This document shows, one piece after another, positions 1 through 9,200 of a stretch of 64,000 nucleotides of DNA (position 1 is the stretch's first letter; each line of letters starts with the position of its first letter). Source of the DNA: Usitatibacter sp. (GTDB taxonomy: Bacteria; Pseudomonadota; Gammaproteobacteria; Burkholderiales; Usitatibacteraceae); contig DASPNE010000005.1 of NCBI GenBank assembly GCA_035626705.1, positions 45,929 to 109,928 on the forward strand, in the 5' to 3' direction. The notes under the pieces were generated by a model. That model ran no database searches and was not told the origin of the DNA. It worked only from the letters and a program-made list of their open reading frames with translations. A program made the translations under genes and the position numbers.

Positions 1-145
1 CCGTCTTCACGCCGATCCACGCGCCGAGCACCGTCGGCACCATGGACAGCGCGAGCAGGAGGTAGGTGTTGCGCAGGACCCGGTTCTGGGCCAGTGCCAG
101 CGTGCCGGACGCTTGCTGCGCCATCAACGGGGTTTGCGGTTGCAT
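1..145 (-). CDS. Bax inhibitor-1/YccA family inner-membrane protein, N-terminal part only (gene runs off the left edge)
   Basis: Own translation of the reverse strand from ATG 145-143: MQPQTPLMAQQASGTLALAQNRVLRNTYLLLALSMVPTVLGAWIGVKT. NxVLRNTY followed by TM1 is the typical BI-1/YccA N-terminus. AAGGAG (rc of 154-159) lies 8 nt upstream. Confidence 0.6.
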   Translation of the reverse strand, partial: MQPQTPLMAQQASGTLALAQNRVLRNTYLLLALSMVPTVLGAWIGVKT

Positions 146-310
146 TCGATGGACTCCTTGCGAATATGAGCAGGCCCAAATGGACCCACGGTTAGAGTAT
201 GGGAGGAGGCGGGCAGTTTCAAGCCCTGCAGCAATTATTTCCATTGCCTGCCGCATTATAGCCCATTGATTTTGTTAGAATTTTGCTTGCTGCATGCAGG
301 GTTGGCCGAC

Positions 311-564
311 GGCTGCCGCTTCTGGCCAGCGCGGGGCGCACTAACCTTCAGGTTACGTGCGCACCAAAGCCGGCAGTTGGATTTGCAACGGTGAAGGATG
401 GAGGGTTGGCCGAGCGGTTTAAGGCACCGGTCTTGGCGCTGGCCGCTTCTGGCCAGCGCGGGGCGCACTAACCTTCAGGTTACGTGCGCACCAAAACCGG
501 CAGTTGGATTTGCAACGGCGAAGGATGGAGGGTTGGCCGAGCGGTTTAAGGCACCGGTCTTGAA
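311..564. repeat. Tandem duplication, 2 x 127 bp, each unit ending in the first 36 nt of tRNA-Ser(UGA)
   Basis: Period 127: TCTGGCCAGC at 321 and 448, GGAGGGTTGGCCGAGCGG at 400 and 527. I see only two mismatches in the core (369/496 g/a, 392/519 t/c). Each unit holds an imperfect hairpin GCGCACTAACCT-TC-AGGTTACGTGCGC (336-362 and 463-489). Confidence 0.9.
400..435 (+). pseudogene. Truncated tRNA-Ser fragment (5' 36 nt: acceptor 5' arm, D-arm, 5' anticodon stem)
   Basis: GGAGGGTTGGCCGAGCGGTTTAAGGCACCGGTCTTG is identical to 527-562 of the intact tRNA, but is followed by repeat-unit sequence instead of the anticodon loop. Confidence 0.8.
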
Positions 565-616
565 AACCGGCAGGGGCGCAATCCCCTCGTGAGTTCGAAT
601 CTCACACCCTCCGCCA
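527..616 (+). tRNA. tRNA-Ser (anticodon UGA), class II with long variable arm, CCA encoded
   Basis: Manual fold: acceptor GGAGGGT/ACCCTCC, D-arm GCCG..GGC, anticodon arm CCGGT-CTTGAAA-ACCGG, variable arm AGGGG..CCCCT, T-arm GTGAG-TTCGAAT-CTCAC, then G-CCA. Confidence 0.93.
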
Positions 617-674
617 GGAACTCTCTCTCAGCATTCGCGCAGCATCACGGGTCCTTCCACCAGATTTCCCAGCA

Positions 675-1601
675 ATGCGACGGCGTCTCCCCTCCCTGAA
701 CGCGCTGCGTGCCTTCGAGGCGAGCGCACGTCACGAGAGCTTCACCGCCGCGGCCCTGGAGCTTTTCGTCACGCAGGGCGCGGTGAGCCAGCAGGTCAAG
801 GGTCTCGAGGACGAGCTGGGGCTGCGCCTTTTCAGCCGCGATGGCCGCAAGCTGCGCCTCACCGAAGCCGGCCGCAGCTACCTCGAGGTCGTCCGCGACG
901 CCTTCGACCGGCTTTCGGCGGGCACCGAGCGTTTGCTCCAGCGACAGTCCACGGGCGTGCTCAACGTGAGCACCTCGCCCAACTTCGCGACGAAGTGGCT
1001 CGTGCATCGGTTGGGCCGCTTCTCCGAAGTGCATCCCGAGGTCGAGCTGCGAATAAGCGCCTCCATGCATCACGTCGATTTCGCGAGGGAGGACATCGAC
1101 ATCGCGATCAGGCACGGCGACGGCACCTGGCCCGGGCTGCACGTGGCCAAGCTGTGCGAAGAAGAGATCTTCCCGGTCTGCGCCCCGTCCCTGGCCAGGG
1201 GCCGTCGCGCCCTCAAGGCTCCCGAAGACCTTGCGCACCATCGACTCCTGCACGTGAACGATGCGACGCATTGGAGCCGCTGGCTCGAGCACTTCCGCGT
1301 GAAGGGTGTCGACGGCACGCGAGGAACGGTGCTGAGCCAGGCCAGCATGGCGATCGATGCGGCGATCCAGGGCCAGGGAGTGGCGATGGCGCGCACGGCG
1401 CTTGCCGCCTGGGACATCCTCGGAGGGCGGCTCGTGCGCCCGTTCCACCAGGCCATGGCAGCGCCTTTCGCGATGTGGATCGTGTGCCCCAAGGCCACTG
1501 CGGAGCTGCCCAAGATCGCGATGTTCCGGCAGTGGCTGCTCGCCGAGGCGCGGGCCGATTCGGAGGCTTTGCGGCGCTCGCGGACCAGAAAGCCAAGGTA
1601 A
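675..1601 (+). CDS. LysR-family transcriptional regulator (GcvA/AmpR-like subgroup)
   Basis: 308 aa. N-terminal wHTH LPSLNALRAFEASARHESFTAAALELFVTQGAVSQQVKGLEDELGLRLF is a textbook LysR signature; a substrate-binding-type C-terminal domain follows. Confidence 0.92.
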   Translation: MRRRLPSLNALRAFEASARHESFTAAALELFVTQGAVSQQVKGLEDELGLRLFSRDGRKLRLTEAGRSYLEVVRDAFDRLSAGTERLLQRQSTGVLNVSTSPNFATKWLVHRLGRFSEVHPEVELRISASMHHVDFAREDIDIAIRHGDGTWPGLHVAKLCEEEIFPVCAPSLARGRRALKAPEDLAHHRLLHVNDATHWSRWLEHFRVKGVDGTRGTVLSQASMAIDAAIQGQGVAMARTALAAWDILGGRLVRPFHQAMAAPFAMWIVCPKATAELPKIAMFRQWLLAEARADSEALRRSRTRKPR

Positions 1602-1792
1602 ATGAAGCCGGCTCCGCCGCCGGTTCATTAGCGCAGCTGGGGCAATCCCCAGGAAAAAACGTTTGAAGCGTTGGTCGCCTAGCGGCATGATCCGCGTCAT
1701 TCCACGCCGGGCCATCGCAGACGCCCGGCGAAGCCAAGGCGCGTCGCCCAAGTGCTGCTGAAGGTCCGGAAAGCCGGATCCTGGAGACCGCC

Positions 1793-2743
1793 ATGCGCTA
1801 CCAACTCAAGCAGATCCACTGCCGCCCGTGGACCCTCAGCGGGCTTTCGCTGCCGCTCATCGAGAGCCATTACGAGAACAACTACGGCGGCGCCCTGCGC
1901 AAGCTGAACGCCATCACGGCGCAGCTCGAAGCGCTCGATTTCACGACGGCGCCGGGTTTTGCGCTGGCAGGGCTCAAGCGCGAGCAGCTGGTCGCGCTCA
2001 ACTCCACGCTGCTGCACGAGCTCTATTTCTCGAACCTCGGTGGGGACGGGGTCGCCACTGCGGCGATGCGCGAGGCGCTCGCCCGCGATTTCGGCTCCTA
2101 CGAGCGGTGGCGTGAGGAGTTCCTCGCCATGGGCTATGCGCTGGGCGGCGGATCGGGCTGGGTGCTGCTTGCGTACGTGCCGCGAGACGGGCGCCTCATC
2201 AACCAGTACGCGGGTGAGCACACGCAGGCGGTGGCGAGCGGCGTGCCCATCCTCGCCCTCGACATGTACGAGCACGCCTACCACATGGACTTCGGCGCCA
2301 ACGCCAAGGCGTATGCCGAAACCTTCCTGCGCAACGTGAGCTGGAAGGCGGTGCAGGACCTCTATGAGGACGCCACGCGCGTATCGCCGCCACGCCCGCT
2401 GGTGCAGGAGGAGTTTTCCGACGTGCCTGGAATCGGCGTGGAGGAAGTGAAGGCGCTCGTGGATTCGGGCGCGCCGGTGCAAATCGTGGATGCGCGGCCG
2501 CTCCACTTCGTCTCCCGCACCCATGACATCGCGCAAGGGGCAACGTGGCGCGATCCCGAGCGCGTCCAGCAGTGGATCGGCGAGCTCTCGAAGGAGCAGC
2601 CCGTGGTCGTCTACTGTGCCTATGGGTTCCATGTCGGCTGCCGCACCGCGCGCGTCTTGCGCGAGGCGGGTTTCGACGCCCGCTACATGACGGCAGGCCA
2701 CTCGGGCTGGAAGGCGCTGGGCGCGCCGATCAAGATGACTTAG
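1793..2743 (+). CDS. Fe/Mn superoxide-dismutase-like domain fused to a C-terminal rhodanese domain
   Basis: 316 aa. SOD-like landmarks: ESHYENNYGGALRKLN, LLHELYFSNLGG, LDMYEHAYHMDF (the D-x3-H ligand pair). C-terminal rhodanese: VQIVDARP...VVVYCAYGFHVGCRTARVLREAGF with a loop Cys. GGAGA precedes the ATG. Confidence 0.8.
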   Translation: MRYQLKQIHCRPWTLSGLSLPLIESHYENNYGGALRKLNAITAQLEALDFTTAPGFALAGLKREQLVALNSTLLHELYFSNLGGDGVATAAMREALARDFGSYERWREEFLAMGYALGGGSGWVLLAYVPRDGRLINQYAGEHTQAVASGVPILALDMYEHAYHMDFGANAKAYAETFLRNVSWKAVQDLYEDATRVSPPRPLVQEEFSDVPGIGVEEVKALVDSGAPVQIVDARPLHFVSRTHDIAQGATWRDPERVQQWIGELSKEQPVVVYCAYGFHVGCRTARVLREAGFDARYMTAGHSGWKALGAPIKMT

Positions 2744-3160
2744 TGGACCGAGGTTGCGTGAATTGCGTCGCCGTCACTCGCCGCCCTTTAGCCTGCTTTG
2801 GCTTGCCCAAGCACCTGTAGCGACCGCTCCAACTTGTTGTTAGAAGGCAGAACGGCCACTGTGTCGATGTAGAAGTCAAGGGTCGGTCTCGTACTGGACT
2901 AAAACACCGACCACTGCTTCCTCGTCCGGTAGAAGCCAGACGTGGCGAGCCGTTATCCCTGCCTCGAAGTCGAGAAGCATCCATAGTGGGACTTCCCGCG
3001 AGAAAGTGGAAACCCTGCCTGCGCCGCCTGTCGCAGCGCTCGACCAGGGCGGCCGATCATCAGCCCTGTTGATGAAAATAGCTGCACTGAAGCAGCAATA
3101 AGATTCGTTTTACTTGGCCACTACCGGCGTCCAGCATGGAGCTTCATCAGGAGAACATCC

Positions 3161-3622
3161 ATGCAAACGCCCGCAAGCATTCGTGGCCATCCGGTCCACG
3201 CGATGATGGTGCCGATCGTGATCGGCGGCTTCATCTTCTCCTTCGCCTTCGACATCGTCCGGGTCGCATCGGGCTCCACGACGCCCTGGCTGGCCCTTTC
3301 CTATTACACGATGCTGGCGGGCATCGTGGGAGGCATCGCCGCCGCGCTGCCAGGGCTTATGGACATGCTGTGGCTTCCTGCGGGGCCGGTGAAGAGAACG
3401 GCGCTCGTGCACATGGCGCTCAACTTCGCGATCGTGGGCATGTTTTTCTGGAATCTCACGATACGCCACGAAAACCCGCGGGACCTGACGCTGCCGACGA
3501 CGTTGTCGCTCATCGCGATCCTCCTGCTCGCCGTGTCGGGCTGGCTGGGAGGAAAGATGGTTTTCGAGGCAGGGGTCGGTGTGCGCACTGAGCCCGCGCG
3601 ACAGCCCGGAGCGCTGAAATGA
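3161..3622 (+). CDS. DUF2231-family membrane protein
   Basis: 153 aa, 4 predicted TM helices. HPVHAMMVPIVIGGFIFSFAFD and WLGGKMVFEAGVGV are typical of DUF2231. AGGAGA lies 6 nt upstream. Confidence 0.8.
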   Translation: MQTPASIRGHPVHAMMVPIVIGGFIFSFAFDIVRVASGSTTPWLALSYYTMLAGIVGGIAAALPGLMDMLWLPAGPVKRTALVHMALNFAIVGMFFWNLTIRHENPRDLTLPTTLSLIAILLLAVSGWLGGKMVFEAGVGVRTEPARQPGALK

Positions 3623-3717
3623 AGACGCTCGTCATTGGGTTGCCGGTGGTCATCGCCTGCCTCATCGCATCCGCGCTGGCCGTCGGGTGCGTCGTCCTCG
3701 CCAACGCTGGTCTGTGA
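3619..3717 (+). CDS. Small hydrophobic peptide (32 aa), translationally coupled to the DUF2231 gene
   Basis: Not in the ORF track (<60 aa). Its ATG overlaps the upstream TGA (ATGA at 3619-3622). MKTLVIGLPVVIACLIASALAVGCVVLANAGL is a single TM helix. Supported only by the coupling geometry. Confidence 0.35.
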   Translation: MKTLVIGLPVVIACLIASALAVGCVVLANAGL

Positions 3718-3737
3718 TTTCCTCGAGGAGAACGAAC

Positions 3738-3989
3738 ATGAAATTCCAGGACAGGCCGACCTTCGGCTGCAAGATATGGGCGAATGCCGCCATCGTGGGC
3801 GTCACCTTGGCGTTGGCCTCGTGCGGCGAAATTCCGCAGGACGGTCCGAAGCCCTTCGCGGGCGAGGATGAGATCCGGTCTTACGCGGGAAGCACGTTCA
3901 AAGGCGACCAGGCGCTCTACGAGAAGACTCTGGCCGAGCGCGCCAGGACGCAGGACGAGTACTTGATCACGGGCGATGCGAAGAAGTAG
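3738..3989 (+). CDS. Lipoprotein, unknown function
   Basis: I chose the internal ATG at 3738 (GAGGAGAACGAAC-ATG). MKFQDRPTFGCKIWANAAIVGVTLALASCGE is a signal peptide with the lipobox LASC. Confidence 0.7.
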   Translation: MKFQDRPTFGCKIWANAAIVGVTLALASCGEIPQDGPKPFAGEDEIRSYAGSTFKGDQALYEKTLAERARTQDEYLITGDAKK

Positions 3990-4106
3990 GCGTTACGGCC
4001 GATGATCGAGCTGTAAGTGGGCGCCTACGACGAATCAAGCGTTCGGCCCCTGTCGCTCTTGCCAGGCATTGCGCACACTCCATTCCACTCTCACCCAGGA
4101 GGCAAA

Positions 4107-4316
4107 GTGGAAGAATCGAGCAACTGGCGCCTCATCGACACCGGCGCAAGTGGTGCCCCCGCGCGGATCCAGCTCGAGACGCCGGGCCGCGAAGCCCAGG
4201 CGTTCAACGAGTCGGAGCTTGCGGCGACGATTCGCATCCTTCGCATGCAGTGCCAGGACACGACCGAATACGAGAAGGGATTCCAGGCGCTCATCGCCCG
4301 GGCCGACTCGAAATAG
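4107..4316 (+). CDS. Hypothetical protein (69 aa from GTG 4107; ORF open from 4017)
   Basis: AGGAGG lies 5 nt before GTG 4107. No recognisable motif. Confidence 0.4.
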   Translation: MEESSNWRLIDTGASGAPARIQLETPGREAQAFNESELAATIRILRMQCQDTTEYEKGFQALIARADSK

Positions 4317-4595
4317 CCGGAGCTCGATCCGGCTCAGCGTGAAGCGCCCCTGCGCTTCACCTGGACGTGCAGTCTGCGCGGGGCTTGCGGGAAGTACTTC
4401 AACAGCGCCGAGTAATGCCAGTCCCCGCCCGATTCGCCGCGCCGCCACTCGAGGCGATCTATTCACGTCCTCGGCTGAAAGCGCGCAACCGACGCGAGCC
4501 ACAGGCGGGCTCGCGCGATCCATCGCACGCTTCGACGCGCGATAATTGCGGGTAGGCAAGGCTAAAAGTCGTGGCGATGGAAGCCATCTGACAAA

Positions 4596-4958
4596 ATGCG
4601 CGGACGGCCGACTATCGGAAACGCACAGGGCGCGATCGTCGGAAAAAGCCGACGTCTCGCCATGATCGAGGAAGCGCCCCCGATGCAACGCCCACCACCA
4701 CGCCGTGACCGGTTCACTTTCGACGTCGAGAAGGAACTGGACGAGGTCATCGGCCAGTTCGAGGATCGCCGCGGCTCGCGGCTGCAAAGATGGGGACGGA
4801 TCCTCGGGCGCGTGCTGCTCGGCGCAAGCCTCGCCATGGCCGCCGCGGCGGCAGTCATATATACGTTGCATTCCCACGTGCGGCAGGCGCAGATCGCGCC
4901 GCCCAAGCCGGGTTCGGCCAAGCCCGTGCCGGTGCAGATCATCCCGGAGCGCAAGTAG
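4596..4958 (+). CDS. Hypothetical membrane-anchored protein
   Basis: 120 aa (alternative start MIEEAP at 4662). One TM helix (ILGRVLLGASLAMAAAAAVIYTL) followed by a Pro/Lys tail. I prefer it to the Arg-rich antisense ORF 4035-4970. Confidence 0.4.
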   Translation: MRGRPTIGNAQGAIVGKSRRLAMIEEAPPMQRPPPRRDRFTFDVEKELDEVIGQFEDRRGSRLQRWGRILGRVLLGASLAMAAAAAVIYTLHSHVRQAQIAPPKPGSAKPVPVQIIPERK

Positions 4959-4999
4959 CGCAAAATGCACGCGGAGTTTCCCAACCAGCGGAGGAAAAC

Positions 5000-5179
5000 A
5001 TGGAAAAGCAGGAGAGATTCGCCCTTGCCGTGCAGCTCGCGGCCCCCCACGTCGACTTCAAGGCGTCGGGCAATCCCGCGCTCGGCACCAACAACGCCGC
5101 CTCGCGCATCGTCCAGGCCTACGAGGCGATCCTGAAGGCCGAGCAACTGATCGAGCAGCGCGCCGCCGCGACGGCGTGA
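5000..5179 (+). CDS. Hypothetical small protein (59 aa)
   Basis: GGAGGAAAAC-ATG at 5000. MEKQERFALAVQLAAPHVDFKASGNPALGTNNAASRIVQAYEAILKAEQLIEQRAAATA. No family recognised. Confidence 0.45.
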   Translation: MEKQERFALAVQLAAPHVDFKASGNPALGTNNAASRIVQAYEAILKAEQLIEQRAAATA

Positions 5180-5231
5180 GCCGCTCGCGTGTTAAGTTAA
5201 GCCCCGTGAGTAAAAGGTTCCACGGGAGGCA

Positions 5232-6203
5232 GTGATGGTTCGCGCGATGTTGCTCGCGGCTGCGCTGGCGGCGGCGCTGCCCGCGGCGGCGCAGGATGCG
5301 AAAGCCTGGCTGGAGTCCCAGGGGCTGGAAGCCGCCGCCGAAGTGAAGCCCTTCCAGGACCTGGAGATCGCGGTCGCGAAAGTGAAGGGCGCCACCGATG
5401 CGAAGGCGGCCGAGGAGCGTGTTGTCGTGCTCAAGAACGGCAAGCCGCTGTGGCAGACGACCCCGAAGGAGACCGATCCCGGGTCCAGGTGGACGGTGCA
5501 CTCCATCGGCCGCGACCTGGACGGGGACAAGAATCCCGACCTGCACCTGTCGAGCTTCAGCGGCGGCGCGCACTGCTGTACCACGCACCAGGTGCTGCGG
5601 TTGAAGCCGCAGGTGCGGCGCATCGCGGTGTACTCGGCGGGCAATGTCGGCGGCGGCGAGTTCATCGACGTGCAGGGACGCAAGAACCCGGTGATGATCT
5701 CCGCGGACGATTCTTCGGCCTTCGCCTTCGCCCCCTACGCGAACTCCTATTTCCCGGTTGTGATCCTGGAAGTGGGGCAGAAGGGCCGCCTGCAATTCGC
5801 GCGCGACCTCATGCAGTCGCGGCTCCCGGGCCAGCCGCCGCCCATCTGCACCGCGCCCGAAGGCAGCGCCAACCTGTGGCTGAAGGAGCGCTGCGGCGAG
5901 TACTCGAGCGCTCGCCGCCAGGAACGCACGCGGCAGATCAAGGCACGCCTCGCGGCGGTGAAGTCGAGCCGCTCGGCCGAGAAGCTCAAGTGGGAGGACT
6001 ACTTCGAGAACGGCGTGCTCGCTGCGGTCTCGGCGGAGATGAACCGCTACGCATACACCGGCCACGGCCACGCGGGCATGAACTGGCTGGAAACGGTATG
6101 GCCCGGCAACGACGCGATCAAGGTGCGCTTCGTGAACACCTTGCGGCAGACGCAGGCGAAAAGCGTGTTCGCGGAGGACTTGAAGGGGTTGGCGGCGAAC
6201 TGA
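5232..6203 (+). CDS. Secreted hypothetical protein
   Basis: 323 aa. Signal peptide MMVRAMLLAAALAAALPAAAQDA. A DLDGDKNPD calcium-binding-like loop. Ordinary codon usage. Confidence 0.7.
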   Translation: MMVRAMLLAAALAAALPAAAQDAKAWLESQGLEAAAEVKPFQDLEIAVAKVKGATDAKAAEERVVVLKNGKPLWQTTPKETDPGSRWTVHSIGRDLDGDKNPDLHLSSFSGGAHCCTTHQVLRLKPQVRRIAVYSAGNVGGGEFIDVQGRKNPVMISADDSSAFAFAPYANSYFPVVILEVGQKGRLQFARDLMQSRLPGQPPPICTAPEGSANLWLKERCGEYSSARRQERTRQIKARLAAVKSSRSAEKLKWEDYFENGVLAAVSAEMNRYAYTGHGHAGMNWLETVWPGNDAIKVRFVNTLRQTQAKSVFAEDLKGLAAN

Positions 6204-6226
6204 GAGGCAGGGACGAGGGATGAGGG

Positions 6227-9200
6227 CTAGCTGACGCCCGCTCTCGCCCGCTCCAGGAATTCCCGCGTCGCCGCTGCGGACATCGGGCGCGCCAGCAAGT
6301 AGCCCTGCGCGAGGCGGCAGCCGAGCCGCTCGAGCTCGCGCAGTTGGTGCTCGGTCTCCACACCCTCGGCGACCACCTCCAGGCCCAGGCTGCGTGACAT
6401 CGCCACGATCGCGGTGACGATCGCGGCATCGTCGCGGTTCTGCGTGAGCCCGCTCACGAACGACTGGTCGATCTTCACCGTATCGATCGGCAGGCGCTTG
6501 AGGTACGCGAGGCCCGAGTAGCCGGTGCCGAAGTCGTCGATCGCGATGCCCACGCCCAGGGCTGCGATCTGGTCGAGCGCCGCCCGTGCTTCGCCCGCGC
6601 CCTCGATGATCACGCTCTCGGTGACCTCCAGCTCGATGAGCCCGGGCTCGATCGCCACCTCCTCGATGATGCGGCGCAGGCGCTCGACGAAGTTCTGCCG
6701 CGCGAGCTGGCGCGCCGAGACGTTCACCGCCACGCGCACCGGCCGCCCGAATGCCTGCCAGGTGCGCGCCTGGCGCAGGGCCTCGCGCAGGACCCATTCG
6801 CCGACCGGGACGATCAGGCCGGATTCCTCGGCGGCGGTGATGAACTCCGCCGGCGAGACCATTCCGCGCTCCGGCATGTTCCACCGCAGCAGCGCCTCGA
6901 AGGCCGCGACCGAGCGGTCTCCCAGATCGAAGACCGGCTGGAAATGCAGCTCGAACTCGCTGCGCTCGGCCGCGCGACGCAGCGAGTTCTCCAGCGACAG
7001 GCGCTGCTGGGCCGCCACGTTCATGTGCTCGGTGAAGAACTGGAAATTCGCGCGACCCGAATCCTTGGCGTGGTACATCGCCGTATCGGCGTGCCGCATG
7101 AGCGTCTCGGCGTCGGTGCCATCCGAGGGATAGAGGCTGATGCCGATGGACCCGGCCACGTGCACGTCGTTGCCGTGGAGGTGGAACGCATGCCCCAGGA
7201 CCTCCAGGATCTTGGTCGCGACTACCGAGGCGTCGGAGGCCTGGTCGATGCCGGGGATCACGATCACGAATTCGTCGCCGCCCACGCGCGCTACCGTGTC
7301 GCCCTCGCGCACGCAGACCAGGATGCGGCTCGCGACCGATTGCAGCAGGCGGTCGCCGAACTGGTGTCCCAGCGAATCGTTGATGGTCTTGAAGCGGTCG
7401 AGGTCGATGAAAAGCACCGCGATCTGGCGGCCGGCGCGGTGCGCGTGCGCGATGGCCTGGCCGATGCGATCGCGCAGCAGCACCCGGTTGGGCAGGCCGG
7501 TGAGCGCATCGTGGTGCGCCATGTGCGCGATTCGCTGCTCGGCGAGCTTGCGCTCGGTGATGTCCATGGCGACGCCGATGACGCGTTGGGCGCGCCCGTC
7601 GGACCCTCGATGGACCTGCCCCCGGTTCGCCACCCAGTGCACGGAGCCGTCCGGCCAGACGACGCGGTAATCGAGCATGAAATCGGAGCCTTGTCGCAGG
7701 GCGTGGCGGAAGGTAGCCTGGAATAGCTCGCGGTCCTCGGCGTGCATCGCCTCCTGCAGCACGCGGTAATCGACCGGCGCGGCGTCTCGCGGACGGCCGA
7801 AGAGCGTGCCCAGCCCTTCGGAGTAGTCGAAGCGGTCGGTATCGCACTCCCAGTACCACATGCCGAGTTGTGCCGCCTCCATGGCGAGGCGAAGCTGCGC
7901 CTCGCTCTGGCGCAACGCGGCCTCCGCCTGCTTGCGCCGCGAGATGTCCGCGATCATCACCATGGTGCCTTCGACGGACCCGTCTGCGCCATGCAACGGG
8001 GACATCGTGAGGGAAACATCGAGCAGGCGGCCATCGCGCGCCATGCGCTGGGTCTCCTCGATCCAGATGGTCTCGCCGGCCCTCGCGCGCAGGCGCAGGC
8101 GTTCGGTCTCCTCGCGCAGCGGCTCGGGCACGATGCTCGCCACGGTTCCCAGCACCTCGGATTCCTTCCAGCCGAACATGCGCTCGGCCGAGGGGTTCCA
8201 GATGATCACGCGGCGCTCGCGGTCGCGAGCGACGATGGCGAGCGGCGCGGCCTCGATCACGGCGCGCAGGCGCTCGTTGCTCTCGTGCGTGGCCGCCTCG
8301 AGCTGCTTCCTCTGCGTGATGTCCACGATCACGCCGACCAGCCCGGCCACCGCACCCGAGGGATCGAAGAACGTGGCCTTGTTCACGATCACGTCGCGCG
8401 GCACGCCCTCCCTCGAGGCGAAATGCGCCTCGTAGGCCTGGCTGCCGGGCTTGTCGAAGAGCTGGGCGTCGAACGAGATCGACTTGTTCGCGAGATCGCC
8501 CGGCATGATGTCCATGACCCTGCGCCCGACGATCTGCTCGCGCGCGAGGCCCACGTATTCCTCGAAGGCATGGTTGCAGCCGAGATAGATGCCCTGCGGG
8601 TCCTTGAAGAACACCGGGTTCGGGATCGCCTCGATGAGCTGCTGGGTGAAGGAGAGCTGGGTGCGAAGCTCCCGCGTGGCCACTTCGGCGAGCGCGACGG
8701 CCTCGCTGCGGCGGCTGACGAGGCTTCGCAGGATGCCGTAGAGAAGGAGCGATACCGTGAGCCCTGCCAGCAACACGAGCAGGGGCAGCGGGCGCAGGTG
8801 CGGCGCCATGTCGGGATCGCTCTCGAACTCGAAGCCCCAGTGGCGGCCCGCCACCGGCAAGTCGATCAGCTCGCGCGCGCGCCATTCGAAGCGCCCGGGC
8901 TCGCGATCGTCGAGGAATGGGCCCGGCGTCTGGTACATGCGGGTCTGCTCGGAGAGCGGCTCGATGGCGCGGTCGAGCGCGCCGCGGTCGTGCAGGCGCA
9001 TGCGCAAGCCCTGCACCACCGGATCGGCGAGCATCGCCGCCATCATGTCGTCCACGCGCAGGACCACGTTCACGAAGCCGTTTAGCGCATCGCGCCGTTC
9101 GGAAACCGTGGTCGGGCGTTTCATCCCGTACACCGGAAGGTAGATCACGAGGCCGTAGCTCGCGCGGGGTTCCTGGGCCAGGCGGTAGCGGCCGGTCATG

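Noticed and set aside
283-592. Two overlapping + strand ORFs (62 and 64 aa) with near-identical sequence; also considered as a CRISPR-like array
   Set aside because: They are translations of the 127-bp tandem repeat and the tRNA-Ser gene itself. There are only two repeat units with no unique spacers between them, so this is not a CRISPR array.
2730-2984. 84-aa minus-strand ORF in the SOD/DUF2231 spacer
   Set aside because: Its Ser/Arg/Thr-rich sequence has no ribosome-binding site. A different minus-strand frame gives more protein-like fragments, which are reported as a low-interest finding instead.
4035-4970. 311-aa minus-strand ORF covering the small-ORF patch
   Set aside because: It is Arg/Leu/Gly-rich low-complexity sequence with no motif and no ribosome-binding site. 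The plus-strand small ORFs with Shine-Dalgarno sequences fit better, although their confidence is also low.
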